A DNA stretch of 64,000 bases from Rhodanobacteraceae bacterium (GTDB lineage: Bacteria; Pseudomonadota; Gammaproteobacteria; Xanthomonadales; SZUA-5), in the NCBI GenBank assembly GCA_016713135.1, contig JADJPR010000015.1, forward strand, positions 29,080 through 93,079, in the 5' to 3' direction. This document shows, in pieces, positions 17,701 through 25,852 of the stretch (its first letter is position 1; each line of letters starts with the position of its first letter). The translations under genes were made by a program, and so were the position numbers. The notes beneath the pieces were generated by a model. That model worked only from the letters and a program-made list of their open reading frames with translations, was not told the DNA's origin and did not search any database.

Positions 17701-18784
17701 GCTGGTGATCGGCGAGCGTCGCATCGCGCTGGCGCAACAGGCCCGGACAACCGAGCCCGAGCACTCCGATGCCGGCATGGACGTGCCGAAGATCGGACTC
17801 GACACGGTCAACCTGCGCAGCATCAGCGACCAGTCGCGCAGCCTGCTCAGGGCCACCACCATCGTGCTGCTCGGCAGCGGCCTGCTGTGGTCGCTGGCGG
17901 ACGTCGCGCCCGCCTTCACGCTGCTCGACCAGGTGGTGCTGTGGCAGGCCAGCGAGCAGGTCGAAGGCGCCAACGTGGTGCGCGCCACCAGCCTCGGCGA
18001 TGTGCTGCTGGCGCTGCTGGCGCTGGTGCTCGGGGTGGTCGCCGCCCGCAACGTGCCTGGATTGCTGGAGATCGTCCTGTTGCGGCGATTCACCGAGGAT
18101 GCGTCGGTGCGCTACGCCGCCGTCGCGGTGACACGCTATCTGATCAGCTTCCTGGTCATCGTCGCCGTGTTCGGGCTGCTCGGCGTGCGCTGGGGACATC
18201 TGCAGTGGCTCGCCGCGGCCTTCTCGGTGGGCCTGGGTTTTGGCCTGCAGGAGATCTTCGGCAACTTCGTGTCCGGCCTGATCCTGCTGTTCGAACGCCC
18301 GTTCCGCGTCGGCGACATCGTCACCATCGGCGAGTTGTCGGGCACCGTGCGCCGGGTCAACACGCGTGCGACCACGATCGTCGACTTCGACGGCAAGGAC
18401 ATCGTGATCCCGAACAAGACCTTCATCACCGAGCGCTTCGTCAACTGGACCCTGAGCGACACGGTCACGCGCATCGTGCTGCGCATCGGCGTGGCCTACG
18501 ACAGCAATCCCGACGAGGTGCGCGTCACCTTGCTGGAGCTGGCGCACGCGCACCCGGCGGTGCTCCACGAGCCTCCGCCGGTGGCCCTGCTGATGTCTTT
18601 GGGCGCCAGTACGCTGGACTTCGAGCTACGTTGCTTCGTCGACCAGATCGGCGACCGCCTGCGCACCACCGACGATCTGCACACGCGCATCATCGCGCGC
18701 TTCCGCGAGCGCGGCATCCGCCTGGCCTATCCGCAGATGGACGTGCACCTGCACCCTGCGGCAGGCGCGGCAGGGTGCGGATAG
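14729..18784 (+). CDS. MscK/KefA-type mechanosensitive channel with N-terminal periplasmic solute-binding (SBP_bac_3-like) domain
   Basis: GTG 14729 gives a signal-like MPSRSFKFLTIVLALIATLVSTARA (the ORF opens at TTG 14699). Residues ~35-260 look like a family-3 SBP. Then a long Ala/Leu/Gln/Arg coiled-coil region, multiple TM helices, and an MscS core GFGLQEIFGNFVSGLILLFERPFRVGDIV. Confidence 0.85.
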   Translation: MPSRSFKFLTIVLALIATLVSTARAEGPLDAEAQAFLKAHGPVRLAPDPDFAPVDFVDGAGRHRGLSAELLDLLARRSGMQLKRVLQPSFTDALAALQAGEVDVVSGVFQSPARAGRFLFSSPYLKLPAALIARRDGPAIASLADLKGRRIAVVQGVVWQELLTAAGYLDEQRPAADIAAALALVAEGEADAYLGDLLSADPVLRRQRLGGALLVTGESGLEAGVAFAIRPELPQLQRVFDQALASVTVEEESALRTRWQGADAPTEDDDAIEVPPSGARTLRQLLAEIDAANNLPDAEREAQRQAVTAAQAFEAQADQNLLRIEQMRREAEQAAADVERLQVLAPAAAAEDLLRWRGSLPQRASSAELEQLLLTEQTARGSLQETVERLAQRAQELQLRPASLRKELEELRTQLDALAIPPPLPELAARIAHAAALSQSRALGAAMAAAMAEQGHLETLAKATDLRRRERQRALALRAERVSVLEQLIAERADQELVQELALWRAAAEQHASEVPPIRDLAAENLASGESLARLLRRLADLRAQAQRIERQQGEVGRALSNARERIAIGGVTESVGMLLLAERRRLPNLSSLRAQLTALQREYAELQLAQVSLGEERDRLADLPLALARLRDSDVDGGAELSPEQRATLTELLLARTELLPRVLQAQQKAAEVLQDSETRLAQLLDQSQALARLMEQNLLWIPSHRPVDALWSQRVGEGWRDLLGSARWSQAWQRLSGRLPHKPLWILGLLLPVALLLARGVMLRRLSELSRRLREVREDRFRYTLQALGLSALLAAPMTLFWWLLGHMLQSVGIAGQFTESLGGAMFATAPHLYLYAFLSVLCREEGVAHIHLRWLRARREAIMRLRWFWYLLVLPLLFFVELSLLRDIDAVNSSVLRSSLVLLLAVLAALCGWLLAPGRLFASRVAGPDPRPLLRRVLRVGVVVGMLVMALQPLAGYVYTSATLLGVFLDTLQVLLAVTLAHGLVLRWLVIGERRIALAQQARTTEPEHSDAGMDVPKIGLDTVNLRSISDQSRSLLRATTIVLLGSGLLWSLADVAPAFTLLDQVVLWQASEQVEGANVVRATSLGDVLLALLALVLGVVAARNVPGLLEIVLLRRFTEDASVRYAAVAVTRYLISFLVIVAVFGLLGVRWGHLQWLAAAFSVGLGFGLQEIFGNFVSGLILLFERPFRVGDIVTIGELSGTVRRVNTRATTIVDFDGKDIVIPNKTFITERFVNWTLSDTVTRIVLRIGVAYDSNPDEVRVTLLELAHAHPAVLHEPPPVALLMSLGASTLDFELRCFVDQIGDRLRTTDDLHTRIIARFRERGIRLAYPQMDVHLHPAAGAAGCG

Positions 18785-18798
18785 ACGTCAGGCCCAAC

Positions 18799-19212
18799 TC
18801 AGGCGACCGCCAGTTCGACCTCGATGTTGCCGCGGGTGGCCTTGGAGTAGGGGCACACCTGGTGCGCCGCCTGCATCAGCGCCATCGCCTGTTCGGCCGC
18901 AAGCTGCGGCATGTGGCCGGTGAGCTTGACCGCCAAGCCGTAGCCGGTGGCGTCCTTGCCGATGGTCACCTCGGCGCTGATCGTCACCGGCCCGGTGACG
19001 ATCTTCTGCATGCCGGCGACCAGCTTGAGCGCGCCGCCGAAGCAAGCCGAGTAGCCGCAGGCGAACAACTGCTCCGGGTTGGTGCCATGCCCACCCGGAC
19101 CACCCAGGCCCTTGGGCACCACCAGGGCGAAATCGAGGATGCCGTCATCGCTGGCGACCTTGCCGTCGCGTCCTGCGGTGGCACTGGCTTTTGCGGTGTA
19201 GAGGGGTTGCAT
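18799..19212 (-). CDS. ohr: Organic hydroperoxide resistance protein (OsmC/Ohr family)
   Basis: 137 aa. Conserved PEQLFA.GY.AC and HQVCPYS motifs carry the two catalytic Cys. Confidence 0.92.
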   Translation of the reverse strand: MQPLYTAKASATAGRDGKVASDDGILDFALVVPKGLGGPGGHGTNPEQLFACGYSACFGGALKLVAGMQKIVTGPVTISAEVTIGKDATGYGLAVKLTGHMPQLAAEQAMALMQAAHQVCPYSKATRGNIEVELAVA

Positions 19213-19261
19213 GGGGTGCTCCGGTGGTGGGTGAGAACGGGAAGCAGTCTAATTCAGGAGC

Positions 19262-19411
19262 CAAAAGTGAAAAGTGAAACGTAAAACGTCAATTCGCCCC
19301 GCGCCCATTGACGTTTTCCGTTTCACGTTTGACCTTGCTTGCGGAGGAACAACTTCTGGCATCAGATCCGGCCCAGGCCCATTGACGTTTCACGTTTGAC
19401 TCTGCTTGCGG
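19262..19411. repeat. Family-F element F1: (GTGAAAA/C)n hairpin with duplicated right half
   Basis: gtgaaacgtaaaacgtcaat (19274-19293) pairs with attgacgttttccgtttcac (19307-19326), one mismatch, 13-nt loop. gcccattgacg...tttcacgtttgac.ctgcttgcgg occurs twice (19303-19344, 19377-19411). Confidence 0.85.
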
Positions 19412-19418
19412 CGGTACA

Positions 19419-21560
19419 TCACTCGGCGTCGGGCCCGACCCACATCAAATCCACCTCCACCTTGTCGGTTTGCGCGATCACCGCGGGCGGGCCGTCGCGG
19501 CTGACGTCAATGGCGCGGCTGAGGGCGCCGGGGTGCGGCCAAGCCGTGCTGCCATGTGTCCCATCCGTCAGCGCATGGCGGTCGATGGTGGTGCCGGGGT
19601 TGTCGGCGGCGACGTAGAACACCGCGCCCTCGGCGACAGCCCAGTTCCGCCGGTCTCCCGGCGCCAGTTCGATCGGCAACGGCGAGCACTCCTGGCCGTG
19701 GCAGCGATGCAGGCGCGCATCGCCGACCTCGACCAGGAACAGGCCCTGCGGGTCCACCTGGTAGTGCTCGACGGAATCGTGCATGCGCTCGGGTGGCGCT
19801 TTGCCGTCCAGACGGAAACGCCACAGCGTGGCCAGGCGCTCGTCGCCGACACGGCACCAGGCATGCATGCCATCGGGGTCGAACTGTGCATCGTGCGCGC
19901 CCGCAGGCGCGTGCATGAGCGCTTGTGGCGCGTCGGCGCCGATGACGAACCGCCACAGATCGACGCCGGCCGGCGCATAGCGCGTCAGCAGCAGTTCGCG
20001 GCCATCCGGCGACCACGCCGGCTGCGCCCAGCGCATGGTCGGATCGAGCGGCAGCCGCGATTCGTTGCGGCTGGCCAGGTCCAGCAGGTAGATCGACTCG
20101 GCGCCATCGCGATTGGATTGGTAGACCAGTCGTTGGCCATCCGGTGCGAGGCGCGGGTAGGCATCGTAGCGGCTGGACGCGGTCAGGCGTTCGGGCACGG
20201 CGCCGGGCGCGAACCACCAGAGGTTGGCATCGTAGCCGGCCTGCTCGTAGACCAGCGTGCCATCGGCGGCGACATCCGGATAGCGTGCGCCGCGCGCGCC
20301 GAGTAATTCGGACTTGCCGCTGACCGGATCGATGGCGACCAGTGCGCGGAAGCCCAGGCCGTCGGTGGCGGCGAGGATCCGGCCATCGGTGAGAAAATCG
20401 GCGCCATACAGCATGCTCGCCGGGAAATCGATGCGCCGGTCGTTCCCGGCAGCCTCATGCAGGCGCAGCGAACGGTCGCCTTCGACGCCGCGCGTGTAGA
20501 CGATCCGGCCGGCGCCGTCGATGCGCGGATGGGTGTCGTTGCCATGGCCCTGCGGCGGCGCAGTCAGCGATTCGCGTCGACCGTCGGCCAGGCGCAGGCG
20601 CGCAAGGCCAGCGCCATGCCCCGGCACTTCCGGCGGCGCGGTGTAGGCCACCTCGTCGCCTGCCCAGTCGGGGCAGCTCAGCACGCCGGGCGCACAGTCG
20701 GCGACGCGCACCGGCGCGCCACCCAGCACTGGCGCGCGCAACAGTTCGCAGGCACCTGCGCGGTGACGGGTCCACAGCACCTCGCGGTCGTCCGGGCTGA
20801 ACACCGGGCAGAGGTCGTTCGCGCTTCCGTCGGTCAGCGTGCGGGCGATGCGCCCATCGCGCGAGCGCAGGCGGATGCTCGCGGTCTCGCTGTCGGGTGC
20901 GACCTCGCTGTAGACCACCAGATCGCCTGCATGCGCCAGCCGCGGGGCCAGTTCCCAGCCGGGATCGCTGGTCAGCGGCTGGGCGTTGAGCAGCCGCGCG
21001 CGCCAGTCCTCGGCCGCATCAATTGGCGCTTGCGGGCGCAGCAACCAGGCCAGCGCCAGCGCCGCGAGCCCGAAGGCCGCCAGTCCCGGTGCCAGGTGCG
21101 GCGGGCGGCGGACAGGCACTCCCGCCGACGGTGCAGCCGGTGGCGCAACCACGATGGGCGTGTCATCAGCCTCCGGGACTGCAGTCTCTGCGACCGGCGC
21201 AGACGCCTCCAGCCAGTTCACCGCCGCCAGCAGCCGATAGCCGACCTTCGGAATCGTTTCCAGGTAGCGCGGCGCGCGCGCATCGTCGCCGAGCGCCTGG
21301 CGCAGATCGGCGATGGTGCGCGAGAGCACCTCGTCGTTGACCATCCGACGCGACCAGGCCGATGCCAGCAGGGTCTCGCGGCTGACCGTGCGCCCGCCCG
21401 CGAGTGCCAGCAGGCGCAACAGCTGGATCAGGCGCGGCTGCACCCGCTGGCGTTCCTCGCCACGCTGGAATTCATTGAGTTCGGGCACGACCCGCCACTC
21501 GCCGACTTCAAAGGGTCTCAGGCGATCCGCGTCTGCTTCGTTTGGGTCGTGCGAAATCAA
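19419..21560 (-). CDS. CadC/OmpR-type winged-helix regulator fused through one TM segment to a TolB-like (PD40) beta-propeller
   Basis: N-terminus PRLIQLLRLLALAGGRTVSRETLLASAW...ETIPKVGYRL (Trans_reg_C). TM segment LAAFGLAALALAWLL. Repeated P.FSPDG/P.WSPDG-type propeller blades. Start inferred at TTG 21560; the rest of the 1239-aa ORF is antisense shadow of the NHL gene. Confidence 0.75.
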   Translation of the reverse strand: MISHDPNEADADRLRPFEVGEWRVVPELNEFQRGEERQRVQPRLIQLLRLLALAGGRTVSRETLLASAWSRRMVNDEVLSRTIADLRQALGDDARAPRYLETIPKVGYRLLAAVNWLEASAPVAETAVPEADDTPIVVAPPAAPSAGVPVRRPPHLAPGLAAFGLAALALAWLLRPQAPIDAAEDWRARLLNAQPLTSDPGWELAPRLAHAGDLVVYSEVAPDSETASIRLRSRDGRIARTLTDGSANDLCPVFSPDDREVLWTRHRAGACELLRAPVLGGAPVRVADCAPGVLSCPDWAGDEVAYTAPPEVPGHGAGLARLRLADGRRESLTAPPQGHGNDTHPRIDGAGRIVYTRGVEGDRSLRLHEAAGNDRRIDFPASMLYGADFLTDGRILAATDGLGFRALVAIDPVSGKSELLGARGARYPDVAADGTLVYEQAGYDANLWWFAPGAVPERLTASSRYDAYPRLAPDGQRLVYQSNRDGAESIYLLDLASRNESRLPLDPTMRWAQPAWSPDGRELLLTRYAPAGVDLWRFVIGADAPQALMHAPAGAHDAQFDPDGMHAWCRVGDERLATLWRFRLDGKAPPERMHDSVEHYQVDPQGLFLVEVGDARLHRCHGQECSPLPIELAPGDRRNWAVAEGAVFYVAADNPGTTIDRHALTDGTHGSTAWPHPGALSRAIDVSRDGPPAVIAQTDKVEVDLMWVGPDAE

Positions 21561-21671
21561 TGATTTGTGCGAGTTCAGTGAAAACGGAGAAGTTCCGGAG
21601 GACAAGTTCAGGCGGGCCCGCGGGCCGCCGGGAAGGATGGTGCCACCCCAACTGGCAACGAGGAACCCTGC

Positions 21672-22976
21672 ATGAAGATCGTCGGCATCATCGCCCTCAG
21701 TCTGGCCGCCGGCAGCGCGCTGGCGCAACCGGCCGCCTGTCCGCGGCTGCTGGTCAGCGGGTATTTCAGCAACAATGTGCACATATTCGACGCCTGCACC
21801 GGCGCTTTCGAGCGCCTGCTCGACAGCACCGGCCGGATTGCTGGCGCGCAGGCCACGGGCGTTGGCCCCGACGGCAAGCTCTATGTGGTCAGCGAAGGCA
21901 GCGGCCAGATCCTGCGCTACGACGCCCAGACCCTGGCCTTCGAGGCCGTGGCGGTGACCTTGCCGGGCACCTTCGGCGGCACCGGCATGGTCTTCAACGG
22001 CAACGAGATCTGGGTGGCCGGTTACAACTACGACGGCGTGCGGCGCTTCTCGCTCACCGGCGAATCGCTCGGCGATGTGGTCGCGCCGCGTGCCGGCGGC
22101 CTGAACGGCGCGGACAACGGCATGACCATCGGACCCGATGGCCGGCTGTACGTGCCGGGCTACGACAGCGACAGTGTGGTCCGGCGCGACTCCGTCAGCG
22201 GCCAGACCAGCACCTTCATCGCGGCCGGTGCCGGCGGCCTGAACGAGACCCGCGGCATCCTGTTCGAGCCCGATGGCCAGACCCTGCTGGTGACCAGCGA
22301 GGGCAACGGTCGCGTGATCCGCTACACGGCGAACGGCGCGGCGATCGGCAGCGTGATCACCGGGCTCAACCGGCCCACCGGCATCGCCTACCATCCGGAT
22401 GGCAGCCTGCTGGTCGCTGATGCCGAAGCCGTGCGCAAGTACGATCCGCAGAGCTATGCGCTGCGCGGGACGCTCGCGACCGTGGCCGCCGGGCAAGTCG
22501 ACGGCACCACGTACATCAGCTTCCTGCCGCGCGTCGGCATCGACCAGGCGCAAGTCGGCAGCCAGTATTGGGTCAGCGGCAGCGGGCCGATCACTGGCCG
22601 GACCATCGTGATCGACCAGGTCATCAGCACCGTCGGGCCGGCCTTCGGCGCCAACTATGACCCGGCGGAACTCGTCATCGAGCGCTGGGGTTCGTTGCGC
22701 GTGCAGTTCACCAGTTGCACCCGGGCGAACTTCAGCTGGGACTCCACCGGCGCCGACTCCGCTGGCTTCGGCAGCGGCAGCTACCCCATGCAGCGCATCG
22801 TCGAGAACGAGCTGACCCAGCGTTGCCAGCAGCAGGGCTTCGACAACGCCAACGACATGCAATGGATCCTCGGCAGCTGGTACGGCGGCGACGCACGCAA
22901 CGGCGAGGGCATCCTGATCGACAAGACCCTGGACGGACGCGCCTTCGTGGCGTGGTTCACGTATCGGCCACGCTGA
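21672..22976 (+). CDS. Secreted NHL/SMP-30-like beta-propeller protein with extra C-terminal domain
   Basis: Signal peptide MKIVGIIALSLAAGSALAQP. Repeated G...GPDG.LYV / P.GI...PDG.LLV blades. Good GC3 codon pattern. Confidence 0.75.
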   Translation: MKIVGIIALSLAAGSALAQPAACPRLLVSGYFSNNVHIFDACTGAFERLLDSTGRIAGAQATGVGPDGKLYVVSEGSGQILRYDAQTLAFEAVAVTLPGTFGGTGMVFNGNEIWVAGYNYDGVRRFSLTGESLGDVVAPRAGGLNGADNGMTIGPDGRLYVPGYDSDSVVRRDSVSGQTSTFIAAGAGGLNETRGILFEPDGQTLLVTSEGNGRVIRYTANGAAIGSVITGLNRPTGIAYHPDGSLLVADAEAVRKYDPQSYALRGTLATVAAGQVDGTTYISFLPRVGIDQAQVGSQYWVSGSGPITGRTIVIDQVISTVGPAFGANYDPAELVIERWGSLRVQFTSCTRANFSWDSTGADSAGFGSGSYPMQRIVENELTQRCQQQGFDNANDMQWILGSWYGGDARNGEGILIDKTLDGRAFVAWFTYRPR

Positions 22977-23079
22977 TCGGCCGAAGCTGAATGGAAAATC
23001 GTGCGCCGCCGCCGCAACCGGCTGCGGTTCAGGCGCCGCGGTGCAGGTTTGAGCCCTGGCCAACTGCAGGAGCACTGCG

Positions 23080-23508
23080 ATGCGAACCCGGATTGTCCTG
23101 TTGATGCTTGCCCTGCTGACGCTGGCGGCATGCGCCACGCCGCCACGCTACTACAACGACGGCTACCGCAGCGCCTGCAACAACTGCGGCACCGTCGAAC
23201 GCATCGAGCGCGTTTACGGCGAGCGCGAAACCACCGGTGGCGGCGCGGTGCTCGGCGCGATCATCGGCGGCGCCCTCGGCAACCAGGTCGGCAAGGGCGA
23301 TGGCCGCAAGGCCGCGACCGTGGCCGGCGCGGTGATTGGCGGTGCCATTGGCAATGCGGTCGAGAAAGACCAGCGCTCTCGCCCGCGCTTCGAGATCTTC
23401 GTGCAAATGGACGACGGCCGCCGCCTGGTGGTCGAGCAACCCAGCCTGGACGGACTGCGCGAGGGCGATTACGTGCAGATCGTGGGCAACCGGGCGCAGC
23501 TGTTCTGA
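23080..23508 (+). CDS. SlyB-like outer-membrane lipoprotein (glycine-zipper 2TM)
   Basis: Lipobox LLTLAAC. Glycine zippers GAVLGAIIGGALGNQVG and AGAVIGGAIGNAV. Confidence 0.85.
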   Translation: MRTRIVLLMLALLTLAACATPPRYYNDGYRSACNNCGTVERIERVYGERETTGGGAVLGAIIGGALGNQVGKGDGRKAATVAGAVIGGAIGNAVEKDQRSRPRFEIFVQMDDGRRLVVEQPSLDGLREGDYVQIVGNRAQLF

Positions 23509-23522
23509 GCCGGGCGCCTGGG

Positions 23523-24380
23523 TCAGGCGGTGCTCACGGGGCGGGCTGGATCCCGGATCCATCCGCTCCACGAATCCGGATACAGGCGGGAGCCGCGCAG
23601 GCCGGCGACTTCCATCGCCAGCAGGTTGTGGCAGGCGGTGACGCCGGAGCCGCACATGTGCACCACCTGGGTGGCGGGGCGGCCGTCGAGCAAGGCCGCG
23701 AATTCCGCGCGCAGCTGGGCCGGGGTCTTGAACTTCCCGTCGGCCGCGAGGTTGTCGCTGAAGGGGCGGTTGACCGCGCCCGGGACATGGCCGGCGACCG
23801 GGTCGATAGGCTCCACTTCGCCGCGGAAGCGCGCCGCGCCGCGTGCGTCGATGAGCGCGATGCTGCGATCGGCAAGTCCCGCGCTGACGGCGTCCGCGCT
23901 CAGCCAGGCACTGGCCGGCAGCGCAAGTCGCAGCGGCAGCCGCGTCGGCGGATAGCTCGGCGGCGTGCCGGTTTCGAGCGGCAATCCGTCGGCTTTCCAG
24001 GCCGCGAACCCGCCATTCAGGACCTTCACCTGGGCGAAGCCGAGCACGCGCAGCAGCCACCACAGGCGCGCCGCGTAGGCGCCGTGGTCCTGGTCGTAGG
24101 CGACGATGTGGGTATCACGGGTCAGGTCCAACCGCGCGAACGAGGCCGCCAGCGCGCGCATCCCGGGCAAGGGGTGGCGGCCGTGGGTGTCCATCTGCGA
24201 CAGGTCCGAGAGATCGCGGTTGAGGTCCGCGTAGCGCGCGTGCGGGATGCGTCCGGCCGCGTAGGCGCGCGATCCGGCATCGGGATCGGCGAGGTCGAAG
24301 CGGCAATCGACAAGGCGCAACTGGCGGTCTTCCAGCCGCGCGACAAGCTCAGCGGTCGAGATCAGCGGGGTCGAAGCCAT
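23523..24380 (-). CDS. sseA: 3-mercaptopyruvate/thiosulfate sulfurtransferase (tandem rhodanese)
   Basis: 285 aa with two rhodanese domains. Active-site loop CGSGVTAC. GRIPHA motif. Confidence 0.85.
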   Translation of the reverse strand: MASTPLISTAELVARLEDRQLRLVDCRFDLADPDAGSRAYAAGRIPHARYADLNRDLSDLSQMDTHGRHPLPGMRALAASFARLDLTRDTHIVAYDQDHGAYAARLWWLLRVLGFAQVKVLNGGFAAWKADGLPLETGTPPSYPPTRLPLRLALPASAWLSADAVSAGLADRSIALIDARGAARFRGEVEPIDPVAGHVPGAVNRPFSDNLAADGKFKTPAQLRAEFAALLDGRPATQVVHMCGSGVTACHNLLAMEVAGLRGSRLYPDSWSGWIRDPARPVSTA

Positions 24381-25008
24381 GGCGGTCGAGGCGCTCCAGC
24401 AGGTTCACCAGCATGCCTGCGGTGGCGCCCCAGATGTAGCGCTCGCCGTAGGGGAATGCATAGTAACCGCGCAGGCGACCGCGGAAATGGCGCTCTTCGC
24501 GCTTGAGATTGCGGCGGTCGAGCAGGAAACGCAGCGGAACCTCGAACACTTCGTCGACTTCGCGCGCGTCCGGTCGCGTCTCGCAGCCGGGATCGACAAT
24601 GCCGACGACCGGGGTGACCGCGAATGCGCTGATCGTGCCGTAGACATCCAGGAGTCCGATCGGCCGGACCGCGGAAGGGGGGATCCCGAGTTCCTCATGC
24701 GTCTCGCGCAGCGCACCGGCGACTGCGTCGGCGTCGCCAGCCTCGATGCGTCCGCCGGGAAAGCTGATCTGGCCGCCGTGAGTGGGCAGGTCCGGGGTGC
24801 GTCGGGTCAGCAGCACCTGCCAGCCGGCGTCGCGCGGAATCAGACCGACCAGCACCGCGGCGGGGCGTAGCGGCTGGCCCGGCGGAAGCAGGCCGTCGAG
24901 TTCGTCGAGGTTGCATGGGGCGGCGCTGGCGCAGCTGACAGGGCGCAGCGCGCCGGCCAGATGATCGATCCAGCCCGGCCGCAGCAGCGTGGGCGCCTCA
25001 TCCCACAT
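24349..25008 (-). CDS. NUDIX hydrolase, CoA pyrophosphatase type
   Basis: Nudix box GGQISFPGGRIEAGDADAVAGALRETHEELGI. The 3' end overlaps the sseA start by 32 nt. Confidence 0.8.
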   Translation of the reverse strand: MWDEAPTLLRPGWIDHLAGALRPVSCASAAPCNLDELDGLLPPGQPLRPAAVLVGLIPRDAGWQVLLTRRTPDLPTHGGQISFPGGRIEAGDADAVAGALRETHEELGIPPSAVRPIGLLDVYGTISAFAVTPVVGIVDPGCETRPDAREVDEVFEVPLRFLLDRRNLKREERHFRGRLRGYYAFPYGERYIWGATAGMLVNLLERLDRHGFDPADLDR

Positions 25009-25207
25009 TCGGGCCCATTCCGCGCTGCGGCAGCACCTCGTCCATGATGCGCAGTCGTTCTGCGTCGCTCATCCGGCTCCACGCGCCGATCTCGTCGCCC
25101 GTGCGCAAACAACCCATGCACAAACCGTCGTCGCCGAGGGTGCAGATGCCAATGCACGGGGTGAGCGCGGGCGGCGGAGCCGGGCGCCAGTTCACATTCC
25201 AGTCCAT
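24998..25207 (-). CDS. DUF1289 (YdhL-like) small Cys-rich protein
   Basis: PCIGICTLGDDGLCMGCLRTGDEIGAW is the DUF1289 signature. ATG 25207 preferred. Overlaps the NUDIX gene start by 11 nt. Confidence 0.75.
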   Translation of the reverse strand: MDWNVNWRPAPPPALTPCIGICTLGDDGLCMGCLRTGDEIGAWSRMSDAERLRIMDEVLPQRGMGPNVG

Positions 25208-25323
25208 GCGCGCAAGTGTATCGCTTGCCACGCCGGAAGCGCGCGTGAAAGCATCCGCGCCATGCAAAAGCCATTCCCGCATTCAACCGCCGCTCAGGGC
25301 GGCAACTACCAGGTCCCGGGCGC

Positions 25324-25743
25324 GTGCTAGCCGTCGCCGGCAAGATCCTGCGCGACTACGGCAAGGTGCTGGGTGAGATCGAACCCGGTTGCGCCGCGTT
25401 GCCGCGCTCCTTCCTGCCGCACCCGCGCGGTGCGATCCAGGAGGCCACGTTGCGCGTGCTGGCCACGCTGAGCCCGGGCGACGACGCGCTGCGCGATGCG
25501 TTGATCCGGGGATTCGTGTTCCTCGCCCAGTTCGTCGACGACGACGACGCCATGCGCGTGGCCGAGGGCCAGGCGCAGATGGACGCGCTGGCGCTCGATG
25601 CCGGCGCCGAACCGCAATCGCCGCAGGCGCTGGAAGCGCTGCGGGTGGTCAACCAGATCAAGGTGGAGATGGAGCAGGCGCTGTTGCAGGCCTGCCAGGC
25701 GGCGCGGATTCCGCTGTCGCGGGCGCCATCGTTGTTGCGGTGA
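25324..25743 (+). CDS. Hypothetical protein
   Basis: 139-aa ORF with a GTG start and consistent GC3-rich codon usage through the whole frame. No recognised motif. Confidence 0.55.
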   Translation: MLAVAGKILRDYGKVLGEIEPGCAALPRSFLPHPRGAIQEATLRVLATLSPGDDALRDALIRGFVFLAQFVDDDDAMRVAEGQAQMDALALDAGAEPQSPQALEALRVVNQIKVEMEQALLQACQAARIPLSRAPSLLR

Positions 25744-25744
25744 A

Positions 25745-25822
25745 GGGGGTAGGCCGGTGTATCGCGCGGCGATTCACCGGCGTGAGCGCCGGGGAGGCGC
25801 GCTGCGCCACCCCGGCCTACGC
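25745..25822. repeat. REP pair of the GTAGGCCGG type (BIME-like)
   Basis: ggggtaggccggtgtatcgcgcggcgattcaccggc and, inverted, gcgcgctgcgccaccccggcctacgc. Two REP-like units in head-to-head orientation between convergent genes. Confidence 0.75.
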
Positions 25823-25852
25823 GCGGCTTGGCCGCGCGGACCACTCACCGCT

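Noticed and set aside
21561-23138. N-terminal 526 aa of the 1239-aa minus-strand ORF
   Set aside because: This part is antisense to the NHL-propeller gene (21672..22976), which has a signal peptide and repeat structure. The winged-helix domain of the real regulator begins just downstream of TTG 21560.
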